The notes under the pieces were generated by a model. The model made no database searches. It was given only the letters and a program-made list of their open reading frames with translations, and was not told where the DNA came from. This document shows positions 37,943 to 47,685 of a DNA stretch of 64,000 nucleotides, piece by piece. This DNA is from Candidatus Uhrbacteria bacterium RIFOXYB12_FULL_58_10 (GTDB lineage: Bacteria; Patescibacteriota; Patescibacteriia; UBA9934; GWF2-40-263). The stretch is from the NCBI GenBank assembly GCA_943359455.1, contig CALRHL010000002.1, positions 7,665-71,664 on the forward strand. Direction: 5' to 3'. The translations under genes and the position numbers were made by a program. How positions within the stretch are numbered: position 1 is the stretch's first letter; each line of letters opens with the position of its first letter.

Positions 37943-40900
37943 ATGCCAGACCCAGCCCGTGGACAAACACCTCCCCAGGACCAGGAACCGGTTCGCGACC
38001 GGGATGCGGTTGAAGTTAAAATCACCGTCCAACCACCAGAGGTGTTTGAAGGAAACGAAAAGGCAATCACCTACGATATCGCCGTCACCGATAAATTCGT
38101 TCTCGCCTATCAGTTGCGTGATCAGTTTTTTCAGTACGTGCTTTATGACGCAACTGGGAAGCCAGTCAAAGACGAGTTTCCCTCGGGTTTTTTTGAAAAG
38201 TTTTATACATCGAAAGTGCTGGAAATAGCTCAAGGTTCAATGAGAGGACTGGGGTCCATCTATCCATCACATCAGAATCTAAATGAAGTGAGTTACAAAT
38301 CAATCAATATTTTTATTAAAAAAATATTTCCTAGTTTTTCGGATGAACAGATACGTTTTTTGATAAAAAGATTTGATTCACGATTTCCTAATGGTTACCA
38401 ATGCAACACAGACGTTGCGTCTGATCGTAATTTCATCCTATTTTATCCTCAAGTTTCAATTTCTTCGGATTCAACTCGAAAAGTATTTGTCCTGTCTGAT
38501 GGTACAAATGCCGTAAGCTATCCAACAGAAGAAAAAGGGGTTGCGATAAATCCAAAAAAAATGGATGAGGGATGTTATCCCTTTAAGCTCGATGCAAGCC
38601 CGATTGGGGAGGCTGCGGCGGTAAAGGAATTTTTAACAACCACGCGCGGGACGCCAGTTCCTGGAACGGATGTTGCCGCGAGTTGCGAGCGTGGAGTGTT
38701 TAATATTGTGAATGTGAAAACGGGGGATCGGTTGTTTTCTGATTCTGCGGTTGGTTTTGTGTTTGATCGGGTGACGGATGGAGTCTTGTATTATCTTGAT
38801 CAAGGAACGAATCAAGTTTGCAAAATGGATGCAAAAAAACTGACGCTTGGAATGGCGCCGGATGTGGAGAGGACTGTTTTACCGTTTCAGGGGATCGTGA
38901 AAGATTTTACTTTTGATCAGAACGGGAATTTTTTTCTTGTGCTCGTTGAGGTGGCGGGGAAATCAACGCTCAAGGTTTTGGAAAAAGATACCATGCGCGT
39001 GGCGTATGAACTTGAGGGGGTGAAATCCACGATGGATTTGGATAGCGTTGGGAATCTGTATTTTATTGATGAGAAGGATCGTCTCCGTTTGGCAAATACG
39101 AATTTTGCGGAATACCCGAAAGGCGGACTTGAAGGAGCGCGTGCGAAACGGACGGAAAAGTTACGGTTATTACGAGAGCGATTGGAAAAGGGGATTAATA
39201 TTAAAAAGACAACCCCGGCCGCGGATGAGGAAACCGCGCTGATCGATGAGCTGAAACAAAAACTGGATGGGATTTTTGGGACGGCGATTCAAGACGCGAC
39301 GACAACCGACGAACTGAATGCGATCGGGGCGCAGATGGAATCAATGGCAAAAGAGGATGAATGGAAGGCGTATCCTTCGGTATTTGACAGGGTAAAAGAT
39401 CGGTTGGTTGCTCGCGACACGCAGATGAAAACAGATCGACTGGACACATTGGCCGTCGAAGCAGAGACCCTGCTTGATTCTGTGTCAGGACCAGACCAAT
39501 TGATGGATCTTGATCGGATCGTATCGGAATTACGGGCGACTCGTCGGACGACTCCACTGCGCGACGCGAAGGCTCGCAAGGCGGTTGACGAACGATTGAA
39601 ACAGATCGAAATGCGTCAGGCAGAAGTGATTGCGCGCGAGCGAAAAACGATTCAAGATTTGCTCCCGTCGTTGTTTGATGAATGGAGCGCCGCTGTTCGT
39701 GAATCGGCGACACGCGAAGAGCTGACCGAAATGCAAGGCTCGCAGGAAGCGCTCCGACTGGAAGGAGCATTCAGTTTGCTTGGTCGCGAGACTGCTTCCG
39801 AATGGAAAGGGAAGAGACAAGAAGTGATCGCGCGAAGAGAAACGGAATTGCGCTCAGCGGAAATGCGCGAGGAAGAACAGCGTCGGGTGGAGCAAGCCGA
39901 GCGGGTGGAGCAGGCTCGAGAACTTCTGCGCGAGATTGAATCTGCGTTTGACACGCAGGTGACTGATCCGCGCGTGATCGATCGCTGGCTTTCTGGAAAC
40001 CCGCTTGTCAAGCGGTTTCGTGCGGTTGTGGTCGGACTTCCTGATGATTTGCGGCGCGATGAAGATCAACGGTTTGAAACATGGCTGAAGGAGAAGCGAC
40101 GTGATTTTATTCATCGCGACACTCTGCACATTCCCAAACATGGGGAAGAAGTCGATTTTGGGGAGGCAAAATTTCCGGTGTTTCATGCTCCCAAAACCGT
40201 GTGGCGACCAAAGATCGAATCCATTGCCGAAGGAAGCGCGTTCGGTCGGCTCGTGTTCGAAGATTCGTTTGGTCGTCGGTTCGAACCAGCGGTTGGCGCG
40301 GTGCCGATCGATGAGTTTAACGAAGACACGCAGGCAACGATTCGCGCCTTCGAACAAAACGCTCGGACATTTTTCGACGCGCTCAAACGAGAAGTTCCGC
40401 GGTTTGACGAACGGTGGGTGCTCACTCCGCATTTTCGATCAGAACTTTCCGGCATCGCGCGGTTGTTCAAAACTCAAATGGAAAATCAGGAAAAAATTTT
40501 GATTTTGGAAGGGGAAGCAGGCGTGGGAAAAAATGTGCTCATTGATATGTTTGCGCATTTTACCAATCGCGAAGTGTTCACCTTCTCTTGCAATTTTCAG
40601 ACGGAAAAGGAAGATCTCACATACGCGTTCAAATTTGAACCATCGCGTGGAACGTACACAGTGGACTCGCGACTGATCACCGCGCTTCAAACTCCTGGTT
40701 GTGTGATCATGCTTGATGAAATCAACACCCTTCCGCCTGGCGTCACCAAAATGCTCAATCCATTATTCGATTATCGACGCTGTCTGAATTTACCAGACGG
40801 TCGCGTGATTAAAACGCATCCAAGCGTTTTGCTTGTCGGGGCCATGAACCCACAAAATTATCTCGGGGTTAAGCCGCTTGCACAGGAAGTAAAGTCGCGC

Positions 40901-41344
40901 GCGCGGTTTAAGCCAGTGGATTATCCACCAGAGCGTCGCAATAATGCCTTTGCCCATGATGAAGCGGCGGTGCTCGCGAAATACATCCCCGGACTTTCCG
41001 ATCTTTCCGCGGAGGCATTTGCCGCGCTTTGGGATCTCACGATCAATAACAATCGCACGGCTGGCGGTGATCGTCATGCAACCGCTCCACGGGTGGAAGC
41101 ATGCAAAAAATTGCGCGAAATTATAAAAACCGCTTCTCGTGTTCGTGATGCCTATCGAGCATTTCGCACGGGTGCATCCAATGACCCGATCGAGTTTGTA
41201 TTTTCCATGCGCGAAACAACCGACATTGCGCTTGAAATTGCGCATCAGCCTAACTTGAAAAAAGCGATTCAGAATGTTGTTCTTCCAAAAATTGGCGATC
41301 CGGAGGAACGAGAACGCGTGAAGGTGATAATTGATAATGCGTAA
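37943..41344 (+). CDS. Giant MoxR-like AAA_5 ATPase (1133 aa): N-terminal beta-propeller-like region, ~400-aa coiled coil, C-terminal AAA_5 module
   Basis: AAA_5 core at about aa 855-1010: Walker A GEAGVGKN (non-canonical N after K), Walker B VIMLDEIN, sensor-1 LLVGAMNP. The listed ORF starts at 37829 and overlaps the upstream gene; the Met at 37943 lies 8 nt after the vWA stop. Confidence 0.75.
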   Translation: MPDPARGQTPPQDQEPVRDRDAVEVKITVQPPEVFEGNEKAITYDIAVTDKFVLAYQLRDQFFQYVLYDATGKPVKDEFPSGFFEKFYTSKVLEIAQGSMRGLGSIYPSHQNLNEVSYKSINIFIKKIFPSFSDEQIRFLIKRFDSRFPNGYQCNTDVASDRNFILFYPQVSISSDSTRKVFVLSDGTNAVSYPTEEKGVAINPKKMDEGCYPFKLDASPIGEAAAVKEFLTTTRGTPVPGTDVAASCERGVFNIVNVKTGDRLFSDSAVGFVFDRVTDGVLYYLDQGTNQVCKMDAKKLTLGMAPDVERTVLPFQGIVKDFTFDQNGNFFLVLVEVAGKSTLKVLEKDTMRVAYELEGVKSTMDLDSVGNLYFIDEKDRLRLANTNFAEYPKGGLEGARAKRTEKLRLLRERLEKGINIKKTTPAADEETALIDELKQKLDGIFGTAIQDATTTDELNAIGAQMESMAKEDEWKAYPSVFDRVKDRLVARDTQMKTDRLDTLAVEAETLLDSVSGPDQLMDLDRIVSELRATRRTTPLRDAKARKAVDERLKQIEMRQAEVIARERKTIQDLLPSLFDEWSAAVRESATREELTEMQGSQEALRLEGAFSLLGRETASEWKGKRQEVIARRETELRSAEMREEEQRRVEQAERVEQARELLREIESAFDTQVTDPRVIDRWLSGNPLVKRFRAVVVGLPDDLRRDEDQRFETWLKEKRRDFIHRDTLHIPKHGEEVDFGEAKFPVFHAPKTVWRPKIESIAEGSAFGRLVFEDSFGRRFEPAVGAVPIDEFNEDTQATIRAFEQNARTFFDALKREVPRFDERWVLTPHFRSELSGIARLFKTQMENQEKILILEGEAGVGKNVLIDMFAHFTNREVFTFSCNFQTEKEDLTYAFKFEPSRGTYTVDSRLITALQTPGCVIMLDEINTLPPGVTKMLNPLFDYRRCLNLPDGRVIKTHPSVLLVGAMNPQNYLGVKPLAQEVKSRARFKPVDYPPERRNNAFAHDEAAVLAKYIPGLSDLSAEAFAALWDLTINNNRTAGGDRHATAPRVEACKKLREIIKTASRVRDAYRAFRTGASNDPIEFVFSMRETTDIALEIAHQPNLKKAIQNVVLPKIGDPEERERVKVIIDNA

Positions 41345-41347
41345 TGT

Positions 41348-42418
41348 ATGTCTACGATTGCGATTGATGAGAGTTCGACGAAAAAGGTAAATCGTTCTGG
41401 GGTTGAATGGTATGCGTACCATCTCATTGAGGCGATTAAGAAACAGTCGCTTGCAGATGGCGAGAAGGTTGTTTTTTATTCTTCGGAGAATTTGAAATGG
41501 TGGTTGCCGTTTGGATGGATGAAGGGGAGAGTGAGTTGGGAAATGTGGCGACGGAAGCCAGATGTTCTTTTCGTGCCTGCGCAAGGACTCCCATTGTGTG
41601 GGAAGCGAGTGGGGGTTGTCCATGACGTGGGATTTCGGCGTGTTGCGTCGGTGTATGAATCAGGTGATAGACGACGACAGGAAAGAGAGATGAAACGCAT
41701 GGTGAAACGTGCGGCGAAGATTTTTTGTGTTTCGGAGTTTACGAAGAGAGAGATGATTGAGCTGTTTAAGGTGAGTCAGGATCGGATCGTCGTTGCTCCG
41801 AATGCGGTGGATACCAATGTGTACCGTCCGATGGACGAATCTGCGATTGCTCCGGTGTTACAGAAATATCGTCTTGGACGGCATTTTTTCTTGTATGTTG
41901 GACGCATGGATGCAAAGAAAAATGTGAAGACCATTATCCGCGCGTTTGAGCTGTTCAAAGCAAGTCGCGGGCTTGGAGATCCGTTTGAACTCGTCCTTGT
42001 TGGCTCACCCGGATTTAAATTTTCTGAAATCAAAACGTATGTTGAACGGTCAAATGCGAAACAAGCGATCAAGTATCTTGGCTATCTTCCTGAAACAGAA
42101 AATGCTGCTCTTATGAATGCAGCGACCGCGTTTCTTTTTCCATCTTGGTACGAAGGGTTTGGTGTTCCTCCCCTTGAAGCCGCCGCATGCGGCGCGCCAC
42201 TCATTATTTCTGACATCGGTGCGCATCGAGAGGTTTTGCAAGACGCGGCGATTTTTGTGAAACCAACTGAACCAGAAGCTTGGGGAAAAATCCTTATGCA
42301 GTTCGCGGCAGATCCTTCAATCGGACAAGCCTTGCGACCGAAAGGATTTGAGCGTGCCGCAGCATATTCCTGGGATGCGACTGCAAAGATTGTTTTGGAA
42401 ACGTTGCGGCGGGTGTAG
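41348..42418 (+). CDS. Glycosyltransferase family 1/4 (GT-B)
   Basis: C-terminal EGFGVPPLEAAACGAPLI motif of GT4 enzymes. Confidence 0.8.
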   Translation: MSTIAIDESSTKKVNRSGVEWYAYHLIEAIKKQSLADGEKVVFYSSENLKWWLPFGWMKGRVSWEMWRRKPDVLFVPAQGLPLCGKRVGVVHDVGFRRVASVYESGDRRRQEREMKRMVKRAAKIFCVSEFTKREMIELFKVSQDRIVVAPNAVDTNVYRPMDESAIAPVLQKYRLGRHFFLYVGRMDAKKNVKTIIRAFELFKASRGLGDPFELVLVGSPGFKFSEIKTYVERSNAKQAIKYLGYLPETENAALMNAATAFLFPSWYEGFGVPPLEAAACGAPLIISDIGAHREVLQDAAIFVKPTEPEAWGKILMQFAADPSIGQALRPKGFERAAAYSWDATAKIVLETLRRV

Positions 42419-42424
42419 ACATGG

Positions 42425-43002
42425 CAGGGGTCCTGGGATGTACAGATCGGATACAGTGGTACAGATATACAGATGTACAGATGTGAAGAGTTGTTTATTG
42501 ACCTGTTCGGATCAGCACATCTGTATATCTGTACTTTTTCTGTACATCCCGTAACAACGAATCCGTATGGAGTTTGTTTATCAAGACCTGAGTTATAAAA
42601 TAAACGGAGTTCTATTTGAAGTTTATAATGAATTGGGTCCTGGATTAAAGGAAAACACTTATCAACGAGCGATTGCAGTTGCCTTATCACACACTGGCCT
42701 CAAGTTTAAGGAACAGGTATACTTTCCATTGAGGTTTAAAAATGAAGTTGTAGGATCACTCTATTTTGATTTCTTGATTGATGAAAAGATCGTTCTCGAA
42801 TTGAAAGTTGGTGAGTATTTTTCACGAAGGAATATAGAGCAAGTTCATCAGTATTTACTCTATTCAGGTTTACATCTCGGACTACTTGCAAACTTCACTC
42901 TTCACGGAGTGAAAATTAAACGCGTCGTCAATTTACAAAATAAATAATCAAATCTGTACATCTGTATATCTTGTACAGATCTGTACATCCCAGGACCCCT
43001 GC
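42425..43002. mobile_element. MITE-like 578-bp element with 24-bp perfect terminal inverted repeats carrying a GxxExxY gene
   Basis: Left TIR GCAGGGGTCCTGGGATGTACAGAT (42425-42448). Right TIR is its reverse complement (42979-43002). Internal GTACAGAT micro-repeats. Confidence 0.7.
42567..42947 (+). CDS. GxxExxY family protein (PD-(D/E)xK-like)
   Basis: GVLFEVYNELGPG matches the GxxExxY signature; 126 aa. Confidence 0.7.
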   Translation: MEFVYQDLSYKINGVLFEVYNELGPGLKENTYQRAIAVALSHTGLKFKEQVYFPLRFKNEVVGSLYFDFLIDEKIVLELKVGEYFSRRNIEQVHQYLLYSGLHLGLLANFTLHGVKIKRVVNLQNK

Positions 43003-43011
43003 TTTATCTGT

Positions 43012-43785
43012 ATGTCGAATCTCATTCAAGAACTCGGACAATTTGGTCTTTCAGAAAAAGAAGCGTCGGTGTATCTTGCCTCGCTTGAACTTGGACCTTC
43101 TCCTGTGCAGGATATTTGTCATAAAGGAAAGGTGAATCGGGCAACCACCTATGTGATGATCGAATCACTCATGAACCGTGGGCTCATGAGTTCGTTTGTG
43201 CGCGGCAAGAAACGATTTTATGTTTCGGAGTCGCCGGAACGGTTGCGCGCTGTGTTGCGAGTTCAGCGAAGAGATCTTGAAAGCAAAGAAGAGCAGTTTG
43301 AAAAAACATTCCCGATGCTCGCGGCACTGTATAACGCCGAAGGAGCAAAGCCGCAGATTCGGTATATGGAAGGGATGGAGGGAGTGAATACGGTGCGAGA
43401 ATTATTTCGAAAGCTCGACGGGGAGATTATTCAGTTTTCTCCGTTTCAACCAGCAACACCTGCTGACGAACTTGCGGAAGGATTAAACGAACATTTAAAA
43501 GAAATGGCAGCCCAAGCAATTCCTTATCGAATCCTGATTTCAATGGATTCACTGCATGTCGATCGCGTTCCAAAATTACCAAACATGGAGATGCGTATTT
43601 TGCCACCAAATCTTTTTCCTACCGAAGCGGAAATTACTGTCCGTGGGACGACAATCTGTATGTATTCTCTCAAGTCAGCCATTTTGGCGATTGTCATTAC
43701 AAGTAAGGAAATGGCTGATGGATTTCGTTCGCTTTTTGAACTCGCGTGGAAAGGGGCAGAAGAATATCCTGTTCGAAAGTCTTAG
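43012..43785 (+). CDS. TrmB family transcriptional regulator
   Basis: N-terminal FGLSEKEASVYLASLELGPSPVQDI wHTH typical of TrmB, plus a C-terminal sensor domain. Confidence 0.7.
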   Translation: MSNLIQELGQFGLSEKEASVYLASLELGPSPVQDICHKGKVNRATTYVMIESLMNRGLMSSFVRGKKRFYVSESPERLRAVLRVQRRDLESKEEQFEKTFPMLAALYNAEGAKPQIRYMEGMEGVNTVRELFRKLDGEIIQFSPFQPATPADELAEGLNEHLKEMAAQAIPYRILISMDSLHVDRVPKLPNMEMRILPPNLFPTEAEITVRGTTICMYSLKSAILAIVITSKEMADGFRSLFELAWKGAEEYPVRKS

Positions 43786-43946
43786 GAGACCTCTGCAAAA
43801 GTCCAGCACGGCTCCAAATCGGCCATCTTCGCACTGGACACATTCACGATTCCTCAATGATATCTGCATATCACCTCGAAATCGTTCATGTGCCCAGTAC
43901 GAATCTGACTCGATTTGGCCTCGTACTGGACTTTTGCAGAGGTCTC
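43786..43946. mobile_element. 161-bp MITE-like element with 25-bp TIRs (1 mismatch)
   Basis: GAGACCTCTGCAAAAGTCCAGCACG ... CGTACTGGACTTTTGCAGAGGTCTC. Nested inner IR CCAAATCGGCC/GGCCAAATCG-like. Solo TIR at 12133-12150. Confidence 0.65.
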
Positions 43947-44048
43947 TTAGAAATAAAAAACGGCTCATGCGTTTTCTTTTCGCTGAGAGCCGTCGAGGAG
44001 AGAGAGGTACGTGCAGAGGCGTACCTTTTTTGGGGAGGAGGATTCGAC

Positions 44049-44483
44049 CTAGAATTGTACGGGAATGAACGTACGCGGATCTCGATGTCGGAGTAGTTCG
44101 AGCAAACCGCTCACGGGTGCGCACCCGGGACCGAGGAAGCCGAGATGCATTCCGATTTCTTGAGACTGATTCTCGCCATGGACATACAGCGCGGTTCCTT
44201 CTTCGTCCCCTGGCTCGGCTACTTCGCGAGCAGGGATTCGAATTTTGGTCCAGTCGAGCGAGCTGTCGGCATCCTTCGATCCAGTCTCGGATCGATTGGT
44301 CGCTTCGCCGTCGTCCATCTCGGACGAGCACATCGACCAGATTGGACTGCCAGCCGTGTCGTCGGCGTCGGCGTCGGCGTCGTCAAGGTCGCGGGAACTG
44401 TCCGTGTCGACCGATCGGGGTGGGGATCCGTCAAGTTGACGGGAACGATTTTCCGGAACAAGTCCGGCCTGTAGAAGAAACAT
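44049..44483 (-). CDS. Hypothetical acidic protein (144 aa), high-GC island
   Basis: GGAG 6 nt upstream of ATG. D/S/E-rich disordered N-half. Confidence 0.45.
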   Translation of the reverse strand: MFLLQAGLVPENRSRQLDGSPPRSVDTDSSRDLDDADADADDTAGSPIWSMCSSEMDDGEATNRSETGSKDADSSLDWTKIRIPAREVAEPGDEEGTALYVHGENQSQEIGMHLGFLGPGCAPVSGLLELLRHRDPRTFIPVQF

Positions 44484-44865
44484 GTTGTACTCCGAGTAAT
44501 CGGAGAACGACCTGCTTCTGTTTGAGGCATCTGCATGCCGTCCTCCTTGTCACTCTCTACAATGTCCTCCCCCAAGATCGACGAAGTTCACCGTAGCGAG
44601 GACGCACTGTATCAAAAAGCCTAGGATTTGTCAAGGTCATTGGAGGTCTAATCCAGCTAGCTCTGACAGATAATTTCTCCAATTTCCCTTTTAATTCCAT
44701 TGATTTATCTAATTCTGTCCCAGATAATCTGGCTCTACTTGACAAATCTTTCCATTTCCATTACTCTTGTCAGTTCCCAAAACCCTCTGGGTATATGACT
44801 GGAGGGTCTTGGGGGCACAAATGAACTATTCAGACAGGGGAGAGACCCAAAGAGAGCTCTGCAAA

Positions 44866-44895
44866 GCAAAAATCCGCCTTATGGCGGATTTTTGT
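44866..44895. terminator. Rho-independent bidirectional terminator (AAAAATCCGCC-TTAT-GGCGGATTTTT)
   Basis: Perfect 9-bp GC-rich stem with flanking A/T tracts; similar to 58297-58322. Confidence 0.7.
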
Positions 44896-45312
44896 TGAGG
44901 GGAGAGACTCAGTGGGTGTAACCACGAGGTTTATCCCACATGTTCGGAGGCAAGGGATGCAGTGACTTCTCTTGCGAGGAGTGTGCACCATGGTTGTCGG
45001 GCGTATGGGGGGAGTCAGACCTAGGTCCGAGTCCACACATTTGGCAACCCCCGATTCAGTGTTTTAAAGCACCGAACCGGTTTGCTCTCTCCTCCGAGCA
45101 TGTGAGAACCTCCTCACTACGAATTTTTTCTGAGATTTTTTCTGCGAATAACGAATCGGCTACACATCTTACAAATAGCTACGTATTACTACGAATGGTT
45201 CGTTGAAATTTGTTGCTATTTGTATGATATGTGGGAGATTTGTAGTTCGCAGGAAAAATTCGTAGTGAGGGGGTGGGGAAGAGCTCGTGTTACGAGATTC
45301 CCCAGAGTCGGT

Positions 45313-45621
45313 TTACGCCGCGTACTGTCGCGATGCACGAGTCGTGTCTTTCCACGACTTGGTTTGCTGGGGCGACGGCAAGAACCAGTTCGAAACGGTC
45401 ATGCTTTCGGTAACCGTGTTGCCACCTGCGATGACCCCGCTGTCGTAGTGCTCGACGTACGACCGACGCTGCGGCTCAGGCACGAGCTTCACTTCGATTT
45501 CACCGGGACGTGAGTCGCTCTGACAGATCATCGTTCTCGAACGTGCGACGATCGAGCCGTCACCGATCTTCAGAGGACGGCACGAGCCGTCGAAACCGCG
45601 CCAAGAGCTGATTCGGGACAT
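45313..45621 (-). CDS. Hypothetical protein (102 aa), high-GC island
   Basis: AGGAG 4 nt upstream of ATG at 45621. The longer listed ORF 45313..45966 probably extends spuriously upstream. Confidence 0.45.
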   Translation of the reverse strand: MSRISSWRGFDGSCRPLKIGDGSIVARSRTMICQSDSRPGEIEVKLVPEPQRRSYVEHYDSGVIAGGNTVTESMTVSNWFLPSPQQTKSWKDTTRASRQYAA

Positions 45622-46049
45622 GAATCTCCTTTCGCCTATCGAGAGGCGAGTTGTTGGGTGAGGGTGGAAGAAATGATCGTGATGGGAACGTAGAACAACG
45701 CTCCGATCATGAGAGAGAACACGACCGCGATTCCCGCGAACGTGAGGATGGGCTATTTCAGCGATGCCTTTGCGTCCCGGAAATATGGGGAGCGGTGTGG
45801 TGTGGCAGTCGCCTTGCTCTGCACAGCGTGATTGCTTTGCAGTACTGACTAATGGAGTTCGCTTTCTGTCGCGACCTCCTCGAAGGGTTGGATAATTGAT
45901 CCAGCGCTTTGAGGAAGTCTGGGTTACTAGCGGAGTTCCGCGTTCACCCAGCAGTCCATTTGTCATTGACCTCCATGACGAGGAGCATTCTCTTGAACCA
46001 CGTGCGAGACGTGATCACGGGGCTTATGCACAAACCCGTTCGAGAAGAA

Positions 46050-47207
46050 TTACTTCTTCTTGCCTTTGGCCTTGTCCGCTTGACGATCACGCTTCGATTT
46101 GGAACCGCCGGATTTCTCCGACTGCACCATTCCGGGCGTGACTTCACGCGCCTTCTTGAAGGCTGCGTCCAGTCCACCGAAACCTTCGAGCTTTCGCCCG
46201 TCGTCTCGCGGCTTGGCCGGAGCCTGCACTTGCGGTGCGGCCTTCGGCGGATCCTGACGCTTGGGAGCGTTCGAGTCCGTCCTCCCGGCGATCTTGGCTT
46301 CGCGGAAGAGTCCGCCGATCTTTCCGCCACCTTCGATGATCTTGTTGATGTTTGCTTCGGACTCAGCTTTCGCCTTGGCCGCCATCGCCTTGATCGCCTC
46401 GAGCAGGGGGAACCACCTGTAGCTTGTGTCTCGACTCGCGAGTTGGCAACCCGCGACGGAGATGAGTTCCTCACGGGTCGGATCGCGGTCACCGATCCCG
46501 AGCTTCTGCTGGACCGGGAAGATCGGTGGAACGAACGCATCCACCAACCGGATCTGGTGTGTCTGGCATCCTTTCGCCGTACACGTCACCATCTCCTCCG
46601 GCGGTTGCTCCTTCTTTGGGGGAGCCGAAGGAGGCTTTCCACCACCACCGTTCTGGGTTCGCGACGCAAGCGCCGCGATCGCCAGACTCCGGACGGCATC
46701 TTGGATGCTCGGCCGGCTCGGGGTCGGAGCGGGTTGCTCGATCGAGGCCACGGTGACCACTTCTGCGACCACCACCGATTCCTCCGGCATTTCGATCGGG
46801 GCCGAAGCTTCCGCCTCGTCCTCGATGAAACGTGCCGGGGCCTGTTCGGATTCGAGGAGCTGGACGCCAGTTTCCTCGGCTGCGGCCTCGATCACGATCT
46901 CGGCCACGGGGGCCTCGATCCTGGCCGCCGCCGCCATTTGCTCGAGCCGATCGGATGCCGCCTTGCGGTCGGCGCGATACACTTCGAGCATGGATTGAAT
47001 TTCCTCGATCGGAATCTCGAGAAGCTTCGTCCTTCCGCGGATCTCCTCGTACTTGACGAGCAGACCGGCTTTCTTGAACTCACTCCGAAGCGCGGCTCGA
47101 TCCTGCCGTACGTTGCCGTGTGCACTGAGTGCAACGACTCCGCTACGGATTTCTTCGCGACGCTCTTCGACACTGCTCGCAGAGCGAGCTTCAGATTCGT
47201 GCAACAT
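46050..47207 (-). CDS. Hypothetical protein (385 aa) with lysine-rich C-terminal tail, high-GC island
   Basis: AGGAG 6 nt upstream of ATG at 47207. Plus-strand ORFs over the same DNA are R/L-rich antisense artefacts. Ends ...KSKRDRQADKAKGKKK. Confidence 0.6.
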   Translation of the reverse strand: MLHESEARSASSVEERREEIRSGVVALSAHGNVRQDRAALRSEFKKAGLLVKYEEIRGRTKLLEIPIEEIQSMLEVYRADRKAASDRLEQMAAAARIEAPVAEIVIEAAAEETGVQLLESEQAPARFIEDEAEASAPIEMPEESVVVAEVVTVASIEQPAPTPSRPSIQDAVRSLAIAALASRTQNGGGGKPPSAPPKKEQPPEEMVTCTAKGCQTHQIRLVDAFVPPIFPVQQKLGIGDRDPTREELISVAGCQLASRDTSYRWFPLLEAIKAMAAKAKAESEANINKIIEGGGKIGGLFREAKIAGRTDSNAPKRQDPPKAAPQVQAPAKPRDDGRKLEGFGGLDAAFKKAREVTPGMVQSEKSGGSKSKRDRQADKAKGKKK

Positions 47208-47685
47208 GGTGGACTCCTACGGGGGGCACTCGTTTGGACAGTTGTTCCCGAGCTTGGGATTCAGCTCGCACTCGCGAGCTTACAGAACTGTGGCGCTTCG
47301 TCCTTGACAGCGCTTCTTTGAAACACGAGCGTTCAGCTCCTGCATCAGAGAAGCGCGGGGACTCCTTCACCCTCTTCCGCCGTCAATACTCCCACACGAC
47401 TCTTGCGAGCCAGGAGGATTTTCGACGGAGGAAGAGGATGCTGATCAGAGTTGGGATCAGCTCCAAGGGTTTATCGTTCTTGCGAACATTCGGTACCCCT
47501 TACCGTTTGATGGCTTCAGTTTCGCGTGCCATCGGTGAGCTTGGAGACAGTCTCTTACGAGACGGAATCATGCTCGACGCAGCGTGTCCGGGTTACAACC
47601 CTACGATCACGACTTTGCCAGCGGAAGGAGCTCGTCTCCCTCTACGCTGGCCTGACTCGGTTCCGAGAGAACGGTTACGAAGGTT

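Noticed and set aside
43786-43830. AAAGTCC...GGCTCCA words in the MITE TIR resembling the RNase P RNA P4 region (GGAAAGUCCGGGCUCCA)
   Set aside because: The element is only ~160 nt, is a perfect inverted repeat and has solo copies elsewhere. Its features fit a MITE, not RNase P RNA.
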